In this document: positions 1-14,891 of the stretch, one piece after another | Layout: every line of letters begins with the position of its first letter | How positions within the stretch are numbered: the stretch's first letter is position 1 | NCBI GenBank assembly: GCA_034226945.1 | Contig: CP120460.1 | Span: forward strand, 186,001 to 250,000 | DNA length: 64,000 nucleotides | Direction of reading: 5' to 3' | DNA from: Picochlorum sp. SENEW3 | Lineage: Eukaryota | Notes under the pieces: generated by a model | What the model was told of the DNA's origin: nothing | Databases searched by the model: none | The model's input: the letters and a program-made list of their open reading frames with translations, nothing else | Program-made: the position numbers and the translations under genes

Positions 1-151
1 ATGGCCATTGGCTTGACTGGTCATTGGCAGACAGAAGAGTCCGACAGTGGCGGGTTGATGAATGTTTTCTTAGTACAAACTACATAGTACAAAGAGGTCG
101 GGAAAGAATAGGGCAAATTTAGTAGTGTGTTGTGTGTGTATACCCTTGGCA

Positions 152-3100
152 ATGGGTCAATGCTTCAGTCAGGGGACCAAGGAGGATTCCATGGGAGACC
201 AGGGGTTGTTGTCTTTCGGTCCCATGGCAATGGATGCACCTACTTTTGAAGGGGATTGTAAAGTAGATGTACGGCGTCCTAGCGTCAAGAATGTATCTAA
301 TCGAGCAAAGGAGACACAGAGCAATGGCATAGGCAGGCAAAGGCGAAGGGTTGCAGTGGCAGCCCAAGGGATTCATTCTCTCACGGATGAAGCGATCGCC
401 AAGTATCCAAAGACTGCTAAAGTTGTTCAAATGCTGTTGGGGGTGATGGATGATAATATGTTGTTTCAGGGGCTTTCTCTGGCTGCGAAACAGGCAATTG
501 TGGAGAGCATGTCCCCTCAGTTTGTCGAGAGTGGGTGCACTGTGATACGCCAAGGAGATCTGGACGGACAGGAATTTTATGTTGTAGAGAAAGGAACGTT
601 TTACGTGACCAAACGAGTAGAGAAGGAGGGAAAGGAGGATATTGTGGTACTTGGCAATGATTTTGGAACATCCTTGTACGTCATGAATAGGTGTCTGTCC
701 CAGTGATTTTTTTTTTTGCCGGGACTGTCGATTATCATTTGTTATCATGATGGATGTAGTGCATTTGGTGATTTGGCGCTTCTGTACGATGCCCCGCGTT
801 CGGCGACAGTCACGGCAACTTGCTCTGGGAAATTATGGAAAATGGAACGGCATGTGTATCAGGCAATCAAGCATGCGCATTCAAAGCAAATTGAGGTTAG
901 GAAATCTGATGCGATCCAATCGATTCCATTACTGAGGAGTTTGCCGCTGGTACGATAGTATATATTGTGGTTCTGCGAATGTTTTGGCCTCGTCAAAAAA
1001 ATAAAAACCACAATGTGCATGCAGGAGCAAAAGAGCTTGCTATGTGAGGCCATGGCCTTGGAGGAATTCATGGAGGGTGACTTCATTGTTACGCAAGGAG
1101 ATGTTGGGAGTATGTTTTATATGATTGATGAGGGGACTGTTGAGGTCCTTGTGGATGGAGAGGTTGTGACGAGCCTCTCCAAGGGCTCGTATTTTGGGGA
1201 AAGAGCTCTGATTCGTGACGATGTTCGAAGCGCTGATGTCAGGTGTTCGACGGCTACAGTTGCTTGCTTTACCATAACACGAGAGGTTTTCAATAGTTTA
1301 TTTAGCTCTCTCGAGCACGCTTGGGTGTACTCGATTCTCCGAAATGTCTCTGTACTTTCTGCTCTGACAGATGAGCAGATGCTGCAGGTATCCAAAGCCA
1401 TGGAGCCTGTGCATATAGCAGAGGGCCAGACGATTTTCAACGTCGGAGACGCCGGAGATGCATTTTATATCATCGAAAAGGGTACCTGTAAGTTAATAGC
1501 ATCCAATGGCCAGGTACTCGCAGAATGTTCGGAAGGTCATTGTTTTGGTGAGAAGGCCTTGCTGACGGACGCCCCAAGGGCAGCATCTGCTGTGGCTTGG
1601 ACAGATGTTTCTCTGCTACGGTGTGGTCGAGAGACATTTGAAGAACACCTGGGTAATTTGAAAACGTTGATGACGATCTGGAAAGTGAAGGCCTTGTCAA
1701 AGGTCCCCTTACTACAGCATGTTGGACAGAATGGCTTGGAAGACATGTGTGAGAAGCTGCAGGAGGAGACGTTTGAGGACGGTGATCTCATCTGTAAAGA
1801 AGGGGATGTTGGCGACTCTTTCTATATCATTCAATCTGGAACGTGCGTTGTAATTAAAGCGCAAGGTACCGGGCACAAAGCAATCGCACGTTTGGAACCA
1901 GGACAGTACTTTGGGGAAAGAGCACTGCTACGTGATGATCCTAGAACAGCAACAATCAAGGCCACATCTCCCGTAAAACTCCTTGTCTTGAAAAGAGAAG
2001 ACTTTTTTGATGTCGTGAAAGACTTTCATCAAGCGTTAACAATGAAGATTGGGAAAATTGATGCTCAGGATTCAGGACACAGTCACTTGCCGTCCAAATT
2101 GTGCACAGGAGACTTGAAGATTTTAAAAACGCTAGGACATGGTGCATTTGGAAAAGTGTACCTCGTTCGATGCAGGCACAATAATATGAAATATGCACTC
2201 AAGTGTATTAAGAAGGAAAAGGTAATCGCTAGTAAGCTAACAGAGCATGTCGTGCGGGAAAAACAGGTCATGGAGCACCTGCAATCACCCTTTCTGGTAT
2301 CTTTGGCTGCAAGTTTCCAGGACCGGCGGCATTTGTACATGCTCATGCGCCTTGCTGAGGGAGGAGAGCTGTTTAATTACTTGTCCAATAGGAGTAGTTC
2401 ATTATCAGAGAACGAAGCAAAGTTTTATGCCGGCTGTGTTGTCATGGGACTCGACTACCTTCACGAACGCGGGGTCTCCTGGAGGTACATTGACTGACAC
2501 ATTTGTTCAAGAGAGATGGCTCCTTGTACGTTCTAACACTACACCATATTGTCTGCTGTAGGGACTTGAAGCCTGAGAATATCCTTTTAGATATTTCCGG
2601 ATATGCGGTGCTTACTGATTTCGGTTTTGCAAAGATGATACCAACTGGATCAAAGTCATTCACCATGTGCGGCACTCCTGAATACCTTGCTCCAGAAATG
2701 ATACTTCAATCTGGACATAATCACGCAGTAGACTGGTGGTCGTTAGGAATACTAATATTCGAGATGGTGGCAGGCAAGCCTCCATTCTGTGACGAGGACA
2801 GAGTGACCATGTTCAAATCCATCACCAACATATCATACAGAATGCCAAGCCACTTTTCATGGGTATGTATCAACCACAAAATAGTATGCGGTAGCACTAG
2901 TAACACCATCCAATGTATTTGTATTGCAGGAACTACAAAATCTCATCTCGAGCTTGTTAGTCAAGACGCCTAGTAAACGTTTGGGATATTTTGGGGCTGC
3001 AGCCATCAAATCTCACCCCTGGTTCAGCGGATTTGACTGGGACGCCTTATCAAACAGAGATCTTACACCCCCATATATTCCACCAGCAGCAGCGCATACA

Positions 3101-3232
3101 AACTCTGAGATACATCAAACTGACTCGGACCGCAGCCCATTCGAAGAGAGCCAATCACCTGTAAACTATGGCCAGTTTGCTAGAGCATTTGAAGACTTTG
3201 ATAGCATCAGGGTGGGAAAAAAATACTCGTGA
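152..3232 (+). CDS. cGMP-dependent protein kinase (PKG)-like: 4 cyclic-nucleotide-binding domains plus AGC kinase; about 5 exons
   Basis: MGQCFS start. Four PBC motifs ([60 protein letters not shown]). Kinase motifs [28 protein letters not shown]. Frame-consistent GT-AG introns at ~676-759 (least sure), 950-1024, 2485-2561 and 2863-2929. Confidence 0.9.
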
Positions 3233-3287
3233 CACCATATCATACGTTTATCTTGCTTTTAACATATATATAGACGAATGTATTTAT

Positions 3288-4637
3288 TTATTCAAGTTCT
3301 TTCATGATCTTCTTCTTTCTAGCTGGTTTTACCTGCACTGCCCCAGGGGCAGAATGTGCAATCCTGTTTCGAAGCTTCTTGGCCTCGCTATCCTCCATGT
3401 CTCGGCGTAACTTCTTCGCCTTATATATCGAGCCTGGAAGATGTCTATGTCGAATAATTCTCTTCACCTCGGGAAGGTGCTTATGCTTTTCAATCAAAGC
3501 CTTGTTGTACACATCCTTTTGCTTCTCACGAGGCAGCAGTGTTCCAAGATGCTCACTTGCTTCTGCCTTCCAGACACGGACATTCATATCATCAGACCCC
3601 GAAAACACAAACGTCCCATCACCACTAAATAATGAAGCAAAAACCCTCTGCATTCGCTTTGTATGGTATACCTCTCTGCTATGTCCACCGCCAGTCTTGA
3701 ATATCCGCAGTGTCCGATCATAGGATCCTGCAACAAATTCCTTCCCTGTCGGAGAATAATCTACATCCATCGCAGCCGACACAAAATCTTTGTGTACACA
3801 TGTAGACATGGAAAGATTTCTCATATCGTACGAGTACAAACACGAATCGTCGTTAGCCACTGTAAAATTCAACGGCTCCATGGGATTCCAGCTCACTGCA
3901 TTGGATTTCATTTGCATCACCACCTTTCTCACCGGAGTCGACGACCGTATATCATACAAGACTATTCCTCTATCACTGCTCGTGGCAGCAAATAAATCTG
4001 GCTCGGCTGGATTAAATCGAAGGGATGTCACAGTGTCAGATCCCCAAGAGAAGGTTGACAATGGCTCAATGTGCCCATGATCCCACAGCTGAACATCAGC
4101 CCCAGCAGTCGCAAACTGATTCTTTGTACTATGATGATCAATACCTAAAAATGCATGTGTCCCCACAAATTCCACCACCGGTGCATCATCCGTCTGCACC
4201 TGCCCAGACACAAATGGTGCAAAAGGCACATTCCACATCTTCACTGTACAATCCGTTGCAGCAGATATCGCATGGCTCCCATCCGGAGTGACTGATATAC
4301 CCCTCACAGCCCCTTTATGCCCAACAAGCTTTCGTAAACAACGCTTTGCTGCCACATCCCATATCCGAATATCCCCGTCAGCAGACCCAGACAACAGGGA
4401 GTTCAACCTCTTTGGGTTTCTCGCCAAACAATTCACACCATCATCGTGCATAAATGATGCAACAAATGGTTTAGCAAACATTCTATCCATCTTTGCTGCC
4501 GTCAATGCTCGCGTGTATTCAACCGCCTTCTCAAACGGATGCAACTGTGGGTCCAAATTGCGATGGACTTTCTGAACATCTTGAGCCCTTTCACGGGTGT
4601 ATTTCTCTTCAGATCTATTAATAAGTTTCACCTTCAT
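3288..4637 (-). CDS. SOF1: DCAF13/Sof1 WD40 U3 snoRNP (SSU processome) protein
   Basis: MKVKLINRS start, HPFEKAVEYTRAL..AKMDRMFAKPF, WD40 repeats, SREVYHTKRMQ, and Sof1 tail RHRHLP. Confidence 0.95.
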   Translation of the reverse strand: MKVKLINRSEEKYTRERAQDVQKVHRNLDPQLHPFEKAVEYTRALTAAKMDRMFAKPFVASFMHDDGVNCLARNPKRLNSLLSGSADGDIRIWDVAAKRCLRKLVGHKGAVRGISVTPDGSHAISAATDCTVKMWNVPFAPFVSGQVQTDDAPVVEFVGTHAFLGIDHHSTKNQFATAGADVQLWDHGHIEPLSTFSWGSDTVTSLRFNPAEPDLFAATSSDRGIVLYDIRSSTPVRKVVMQMKSNAVSWNPMEPLNFTVANDDSCLYSYDMRNLSMSTCVHKDFVSAAMDVDYSPTGKEFVAGSYDRTLRIFKTGGGHSREVYHTKRMQRVFASLFSGDGTFVFSGSDDMNVRVWKAEASEHLGTLLPREKQKDVYNKALIEKHKHLPEVKRIIRHRHLPGSIYKAKKLRRDMEDSEAKKLRNRIAHSAPGAVQVKPARKKKIMKELE

Positions 4638-4957
4638 ATTCAGTTTTGGTTTAAGAAAGCCTTTTTCAGACACCAATGCATGTCATGTCATGTGCAACCT
4701 CTGGTCCATATAGGGCTTCCTATTGGTAAACAGGAGACAAATATTTCATAATAATACATATAGTAATATATGAAAGGCATTGTGCGCAGGAGGAGTGGTG
4801 CGAATATCCTGAGACAGGACTGACCCTTCCTGGATCAGTAGGACACCATGCCTCCTAGAGGGCTGTGCTGTTTTTTTCTCAGTATGCCGCGATGAGATTC
4901 GATGCAGCAGTCTTTTATGGTGGACTATCTAGTATAATTACATCACAGTGACGGCGT

Positions 4958-5398
4958 CTATAGGAATTTTACGAAGATTCTGTGGCACGTGCGAGCCCTC
5001 ATATGAGGGTACCTTTTCAAGGTACCAAGGCAGGGAGAGTCGTATCGCGTGCTGAGCACGAGCGTATCAAAACAGCTACGGATCCATCGCATCTGGCGGG
5101 TATACATATACTATTGATATGTTCTGGAGTGGAGGCTGTTCTATGTGGGCCGTTTTGCCGACAAACGATGTCATGATTGACATACCTGTACAGCTCCATA
5201 TCCCACTCTTGAGGAAATCTTGGGTGCCTTACGCACCGTGTATTCATGCCAGACATCCTTGAAAGACTTTATGATGCGTGAGAATCGTGCATAGAGGGTA
5301 CTGCGGAGGGCTCCTGGCATCCAAAAGGGGAGGGGGCTCAAGGGGAAGGTGGCAAACACGTCTTCACTCGTCCCATCTATTTGACCCAGGAACGACAT
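4958..5398 (-). CDS. Candidate small spliced orphan protein (115 aa)
   Basis: Upstream TATTTAAA, ATG at 5398, strong CAG|GTATGT donor at 5185 and CAG acceptor at 5093 join in frame to a TAG at 4958. No recognisable motif. Confidence 0.3.
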
Positions 5399-6135
5399 CG
5401 CAGCTTTGGCTGACGTCGACTCTTCCGAGAACCCGAAAAAAATCTCGCACACATTCGGTTGCAAACAACAATGAATAATTCCTCTGCTTTTAAATACTGC
5501 GTCATCCCTCAACGCGGTCGCTGCACGGTTCTGTCGTCACATGAGTCACGTGGCACCAACCAGAACCAGTTTTCCAGAATCAAAACCAGTGCCAATACAA
5601 CTCTATCCATCAATCCCTCCAGACATAAGACATGCTGATCAAACATCGACTCATCTCACCTGGGCATCACTCTCGCTTGATGAGGGGATGGTGGAGCAAC
5701 AAAGATGATGTGGATGCAGCGCACGCATCGTCTGGGATGAGGACTGGCCGACATCCGCCCGTGGTAACACAAACAATTGTTTTTTTCTCTCTCGAATATC
5801 CTCCACAGGTACTATTTCTCATTTTATATTATAGAAATCCAGAATACTGTGCTACAATCTTGTTTTCGTGGACCCCTTCCGAGTGGTGGTCTACGCGTAC
5901 ACGCGTGGAGGGGTTTCTGGGGGCGGGAAAGGGGGGGCTGGTAACAAGGCGGGAAGAGAGCATACGCCGCATACTTTTCCATCGGACAAGCAACCATGTG
6001 GACCACGAGTATCTTCGATGTTCTTTTCAAGCCCGGTTTCGCAGCAGTAGTATCGGCGCGAGAGATGCCCGCGGGATATTTTTTGAAATTGTGTAGATAT
6101 CAACCGTCGACGGATGAGGCGCCACCACTGTGTAA

Positions 6136-9048
<2,913 letters not shown>

Positions 9049-9188
9049 AGTTATTCAGAAAATTGTATTTATATTGCGTACCATGTACGCATACTGTTCA
9101 TAATGTTTGAATTGACAACAGCATCTTTGCTGATCTCTGAATCATACATGTCTTACACATTGTAACACAACAGACAATGAAAATACAA

Positions 9189-10952
9189 TCACAGAATACG
9201 CTTTCGCTTTGTGTACCGATAAATGACCCAAAAGATCCACAGACACCCGGTAATGATCGCTGCAGTTGTTCCCCAAAAGCCAACGACACTTGACTCGAGC
9301 GTGGATCTCAGATTCATTCCAAATATTCCAGAAACACAAGCGCCAACTGCAGCCGCAAAAGATGCAATAGAAAGCATAAGTTCAATTCGATTAACATCAT
9401 AGCGTCTCAACGACAGCGACACATTGATAGACTCTTCCAAATCTCTTGCTCCCTGCAATAATCTGTCTGCCTCTGACCTCGTCATCTGAGCTCTCTGTGC
9501 ATAGTACTCAAGCACATCCTCTGTCTCCTCTAACTCTCTTTCCTCATCCTCATTTTCTTGCATTTCTTCCTGAATCGCTTGTTCCTGACTGGCAAAAGAT
9601 GAGTCCGAGGCAGCACCAGCAAGTGCCAAATCACCAATTGAATTCGGTGCAGCATAGTAATCAGATCCCTCAAATTTCACAGAATCCTGATCCAGCCTAG
9701 CCTCTCTTTGCCTTTTATTAAGTTCCCTTTGTTTACGTTTTTCCTCACGAATTGGTCGCGTTGACAAGTTGAGCTCTGCAATTTTCTCATCATCCTCCAA
9801 TAAACCTTCCAAGAGCTCCTCAAAAGACTCTGCCTTTGCCTCTAGCGCCACAAGCACATCCTTCACCCGACGAAGCTCTTCTAAATTAGCAGGTGTTATA
9901 TCTCTTGGCAACTTTTGCAACACCATACTCACTCTGTGAGTCGCTGCCACCAGCTCTGCTTCCAATTTCAGCGTCGCAACATTCAACGCAGCCTCTACAA
10001 CTTCCAACTCGAACGCAAACACAGACCCACCTCCGTTACTATAATCCCCAGTTCCTTGACCAGTATTCAACAGGGTATTTCTCTCCTCATCAATCGACCC
10101 AGCCAAGTTTGCTCGTCGCTCCTTTGTCTCAGCATCAGTACGCAACTTTGTACACAAAATCTCCACAAACTTTTTACTCGACTTTGAATATGGCTCAAAC
10201 AACAAACACTTTTCAGCCGTCAAAAACGCCCGCACACCTCCAATATTGATCAAAATGCAATCATCTTTGCAGTTGATCCCAGGGGATGTTTTTGTTGAGC
10301 TTGAAATCGACCCATCCACTGTTCTCAAGTCGCGAGGAGGCAACTGATACCGACGAATCAAATCTCTTCTACGAACATGAGAAATCCTAGATCGACCTGC
10401 ATCATCTATACGCAGAACCTACACACACAATCCACTATCAGTCACACATTCCTACTACAAGAGACAAGCGCGTCCTACACCCACCTCAAACATCGCCTTG
10501 CCCACCGCCAACGACGATCCAGGGTTCTCTGGGACAGTATGTTCCCACGATGATCCATGCTCGGCAGCATCACTCCATTCCCCTGATATCTGCGAATCGG
10601 ATACAATATCCAGAGAAGACAGCACCGCCTGTCGAAGCTGTTTGAACGTCTCCGTCGCCCCACTCCTCTCCGCTTTATCATTTGTCGCATACAACTGAAC
10701 ATCAGAGGTACGCATATCTCTCCGACAAGGACATTGCCTTGATATCAAGCAAGGAAACACAGGACCGCTTGCCAGTCCACCACCAACCCTGTGAATTGGC
10801 GTCATCGCATTCTCCTCTCGTCTCCAGGAACCACCATGTGTACTTGTGCGACACTGCACTCTCTTCGACTGCGATCCTAGGTGTATTTTTCTATGAATAG
10901 GGACATGCCCGAGACCAACCTGCTGTTTGCTGAATGGCACAGTCCAGGCCAT
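9189..10952 (-). CDS. MRS2: MRS2/CorA-family magnesium transporter, probably plastid (MRS2-11-like)
   Basis: PRDLR, FELEVVEAAL, GIFGMNL motif between two TM helices; intron 10419-10484; transit-peptide-like N-terminus. Confidence 0.9.
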
Positions 10953-11220
10953 ACTCGACGCTGAAATCGACAGATATTTCAATATCGACAGATATGAATA
11001 GGAATTTGTTCCTTTCTATCGACTATGAGCGAATATACCACAATCTGAAACCTTTTCTGAAAGCGCAGAAAAACACCAAGGAAAAAAGACGAGCAACAGT
11101 TGTAGTATGATGCGTTTGTTGCTCAATTATTATTATTACATATATAGTATTTCTTCATACTACTAGAGATGGCAGATTGGCACAACGTATGAGAATCCCC
11201 AATTGACTGATTGGAATATC

Positions 11221-12410
11221 CTATCCTCCACCTCGGAGCAATGTCTGAAAGATGGATCCGAATGGGTCTTGGCCCATCTGTCTGGGATCTGGTTTGCAGT
11301 ATATATGTATCAACTCTTCTGCCACGTCACATATCGACGGGTCTAACCCTTCAACTCGTTTTCTGAGCGCCTCTATGGCAATACCTGTGAGATCTCTGCT
11401 CCCTCGTTCCAATGCCTGCATGGATATCAACGTGTGAGTCGTGTTGCACACATGTATGGTATATAGACCATCATGACCAACCGCATACCTTGACGACATA
11501 ATACGCGCATTGAGCGATCGAGTCCGAAAGAGAATGTTGCTCTTCTCCATATGTGCTGTATAGACCATATGCCATGGAGAATGCCCGTGTCTTTTTGCTT
11601 TGGGGCGTGTATTCTAATACATGGAGTATTGAGCGGGCTATGATTAAATCTTTATCCAGAGGGGATGCGACCTGAAGACTCTTTTCAATCACGGAATAGA
11701 GGCGATCTGTATCACCTGAGCGGATGATATCAGGAAGTGCGACCCCCATGCCTTTCCAGCCAAGCACCTCGGATGTGAAGAGACCAGATTTCAGATACAC
11801 CATCTCTTTGTCTTCCTCCGATCCTTTCATCCTACAGACAAGTATCATGGTTATCCATGAGTATAGAATTGATGCATGATGACAAGGAATCAATCAATGA
11901 CAATCCCTGGCATACAAGGGGTAGACTGTGCGTACCGACTGAGCCATTTTAAAGATCGATGCTTGATCTGCTGCATCGCATTCACAACATCAATATTCTC
12001 GTCAATATGAGGAAATTGACCTAATAATACTTTCAAACGCCTCCTGCTCTCTGTAGAGACTGGTACAGCATCATCCACATAGGCATCCAGAAGCATTGTG
12101 GCAAGCTCTACTCCACACTGGAAATCCCCTTTTTTGAAGTGCAACAGGGACCCGTAGAGACACAGATCGTATCCATCGTCCATCTTCTTCTTCGATCGAA
12201 ACCTATAATAGGCGGTTTTGAGCATTTCGTGCCCTTCATATGTATTCCCTTGGGTCAAACTTTCAGCAAGTCTGTCCAGTGCCTGTCACACAGTGAGTAC
12301 TATATCAGTCCCCTAGTGGATATATATATATATATTTACTTGAGGATATTTGAACGTACTTTTGAAGCCTGTAACGAGAGGCTCGTCGTCGCAATCCCGA
12401 GAGAGTCCAT
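11221..12410 (-). CDS. GET4: GET4/TRC35-like Golgi-to-ER traffic protein (4 exons)
   Basis: GNTYEGHEMLKTAYYR resembles the GET4 N-terminal YEAH..RT...RY motif; DLIIARSILHVL; FGSIFQTLL-type tail. Introns at 12283-12359, 11832-11935 and 11416-11488. Confidence 0.75.
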
Positions 12411-12670
12411 TTTTCTAGTCTAGAACAATATTAAGCAACACTGGTTGTATTTTCTACTCCCTCTGCAGGGATTCCACTGCTGTCACGTACTAAATATTAC
12501 TAAATATTCTCCTACAGGTCGAGTGGTAGCACACAAGCCTTTGTGAAGGAATGGGGAATGCTGGAGTTTTTAAACTCTTTATTTAGAGGCAAAGCCAATC
12601 TCCACACGTGAATTCGGCCATACAGTCGTTCGAACGGGCGAGCATTCATACGAAAATCATACATACGTAC

Positions 12671-13171
12671 ATGATAATGTTGCAATCAGTTTTACGAAGG
12701 TCTTCGCAGATGGTCTTGAGGCATGGTGCCTTCTCGGGGACAGCCACAGGGGCAGTGGAGCCTTGTGCTTCTGTTCTTCTCGCTCGTCAGCATGCCTTTA
12801 GTACCGATACGCACGACGACTTTAAACCAAAGATAAAGACGGATAATGTATCTGGGAGTGTAGACGATGTGATTGACGCGGATGTGACGAGTCACAAGGT
12901 ATTTTTGTACATGAAGGGTGTCCCAGAGGCACCAATGTGTGGTTTTAGCAACATGGCATGTCGAATTTTGGATGCGCACAACATACAATATGGGTCCCGG
13001 GATGTATTATCTGATCCAGAGCTGAGAGAAGGGATTAAGAAGTATACAAGTTGGCCAACGATTCCCCAGGTGTTTATTGGTGGGGAGTTTGTTGGAGGGT
13101 CTGATATTTTGTTGGATATGCACCAGAGTGGGGAGCTGAAAAAGACACTCGATGCTCTCTTTTCTGAATGA
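12671..13171 (+). CDS. Mitochondrial monothiol CGFS glutaredoxin (GRXS15/Grx5-like)
   Basis: LYMKGVPEAPMCGFS, WPTIPQVFIGGEFVGGSD, DTHDDFKP; N-terminal presequence. Confidence 0.95.
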   Translation: MIMLQSVLRRSSQMVLRHGAFSGTATGAVEPCASVLLARQHAFSTDTHDDFKPKIKTDNVSGSVDDVIDADVTSHKVFLYMKGVPEAPMCGFSNMACRILDAHNIQYGSRDVLSDPELREGIKKYTSWPTIPQVFIGGEFVGGSDILLDMHQSGELKKTLDALFSE

Positions 13172-13234
13172 TGCGATTCAATTGTGTGTAACACGAGTAG
13201 TAGAAAGAATTCAATACGATGTCATATGTGTACG

Positions 13235-14161
13235 TCATGACAGGCGTTGTCCTCGTCCGGAGAAGGCTCTGAATCCTGCATTGCTTGGATGCACAGGCTT
13301 GACCTGCTGCACTGGGACCTTGCCCAACCCATACCTGTATACCAGTCGGCTCCTGCACATGATTATACACAATATATATGTGAAACCTGCATGTTTGTTT
13401 GTAAAAAATAAAAAACCACGTACAGCCACAACGGTGTCCTGATTGGTGTGTATCCATACATTCGAGGATACACCTCTGTGAAGAAGAGGTACAGATGCCC
13501 CGCGAGGATTCCTCGGATTCCTGTGAACGGACTCGCCCCTTGAGCAATATCAATTGCGAGCATGGCAAATGGTAAATACATTGATTGTAATTTCACCACG
13601 CCAAAAAATGACACCTGCGTTGCAGGGTTTTGCTTGCTCCATAGGTACAGCAGCATAAAGATGAGGGCTTCTCCGTGAAATGCAGATCTAAAAAACATTG
13701 GCACGAGAGCATCCAAGGCTAAAATAAAAATCATACCCCATCCAGCCATGGTGATTGCATCAGCTGCATTCCCCAAGAATTTGGACTTTTCATATGAGAC
13801 TCCGTACTGCACCAACCAGACCAGGTTGAACAGGTAGTTTAAGCTAGGTCGCCCAATAATGAGAAAGTTTGTCAGAAGACGCCACAATTCTGGTATAGGT
13901 AAGGATAATTCAAGACTCCACGCGTGGTAGAGACGTGTCACTGGCAATACGCCAAACAAAAGCAGCCCCCCTGTCACCAGGTAACACGTGAGGAGGGTCC
14001 TACAGACTAGAGGCAAATCCTGGAACCAATCTTTTATAGAGCTGCATGAACGAGTATATGGTCATTATTATGTTCAAGTGTATATTCAGATACAGATGTG
14101 ATGCAATGCATGGCCCCTACCTGTCTTGTATGCCATGGATATTTGTCCTTGGTTGCACCAT
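13235..14161 (-). CDS. Derlin (Der1-like ERAD membrane protein)
   Basis: ELWRLLTNF, YLWSKQNP, YLPF, GILAGHLYLF, and C-terminal SHP-like FSGRGQRL; introns at 14042-14120 and 13353-13423. Confidence 0.93.
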
Positions 14162-14891
14162 GTTGTCTGCTCACGAACCGCTCACTGAAACGATTACTAC
14201 AGCCGGTACGCACTCGTAAGAGTATTCTAGGAAAAACAAAAAAGTGTAACAGCAGTCGTTGGGAAGGTAATCGCCGCAAACGACAATACAAGGGCCGTGT
14301 GGATCTCAGCGGAGATCAGATATCTGCAACCTCCAAACTCGGTCTTTTATGGCCAATGTCAAGTATTGGAGTATTCAACATACTTGTAGTCACTTCAATT
14401 CTGAGCATATTGGATTCCAATGCCGTTGGAAACTCGAATATCTAAAGTCCTAATTAGGAAATTTCAAATCGTCCGACATCGTACGAAAAGGCGGTTTCCT
14501 ACGTGCTCAGAAACCCACGCATGCCGTCGCTGCAACCGACATTAATTCATTACAATACATTGTATATAAACCCATGTGATACTACGTGGGTGATTGACCG
14601 AGTTGTATTTGTTGTACGCATTGGTTTTCGTATTGCAGACACAGTCTCGAGCCTGACGTCTATCTAAACGCGTTGTTGCTGTGTACGTGTACGCACCATT
14701 ACGGGTACTATAGCGAACTTTTTATGTATAAAGTTGCAGTCTTTTGATGATAGTATTTGTATTGGGGGTGGGTTGGAGTGGGATATACGCGGTTGGTGTT
14801 GTTGGTGTTCCCGGATAATGACGTTATGCCGTTCGAATCTTGTGGTGCAGTGTTGTGACGTTTGATCCGAATATTATCTTTATATATTTCG

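Noticed and set aside
4785..4845. TPP-riboswitch-like words (CTGAGA, ACCCTT, GATCAG, GCGCAGG)
   Set aside because: The elements are in the wrong order, the TAATGCC/P5 part is missing, and no thiamine biosynthesis gene is adjacent.
12319..12334. Short microsatellites ((TA)n here and ~61499; (CTA)n ~50005; (GTT)n ~35137; (CA)n ~55269)
   Set aside because: Ordinary short simple repeats in introns or intergenic DNA.
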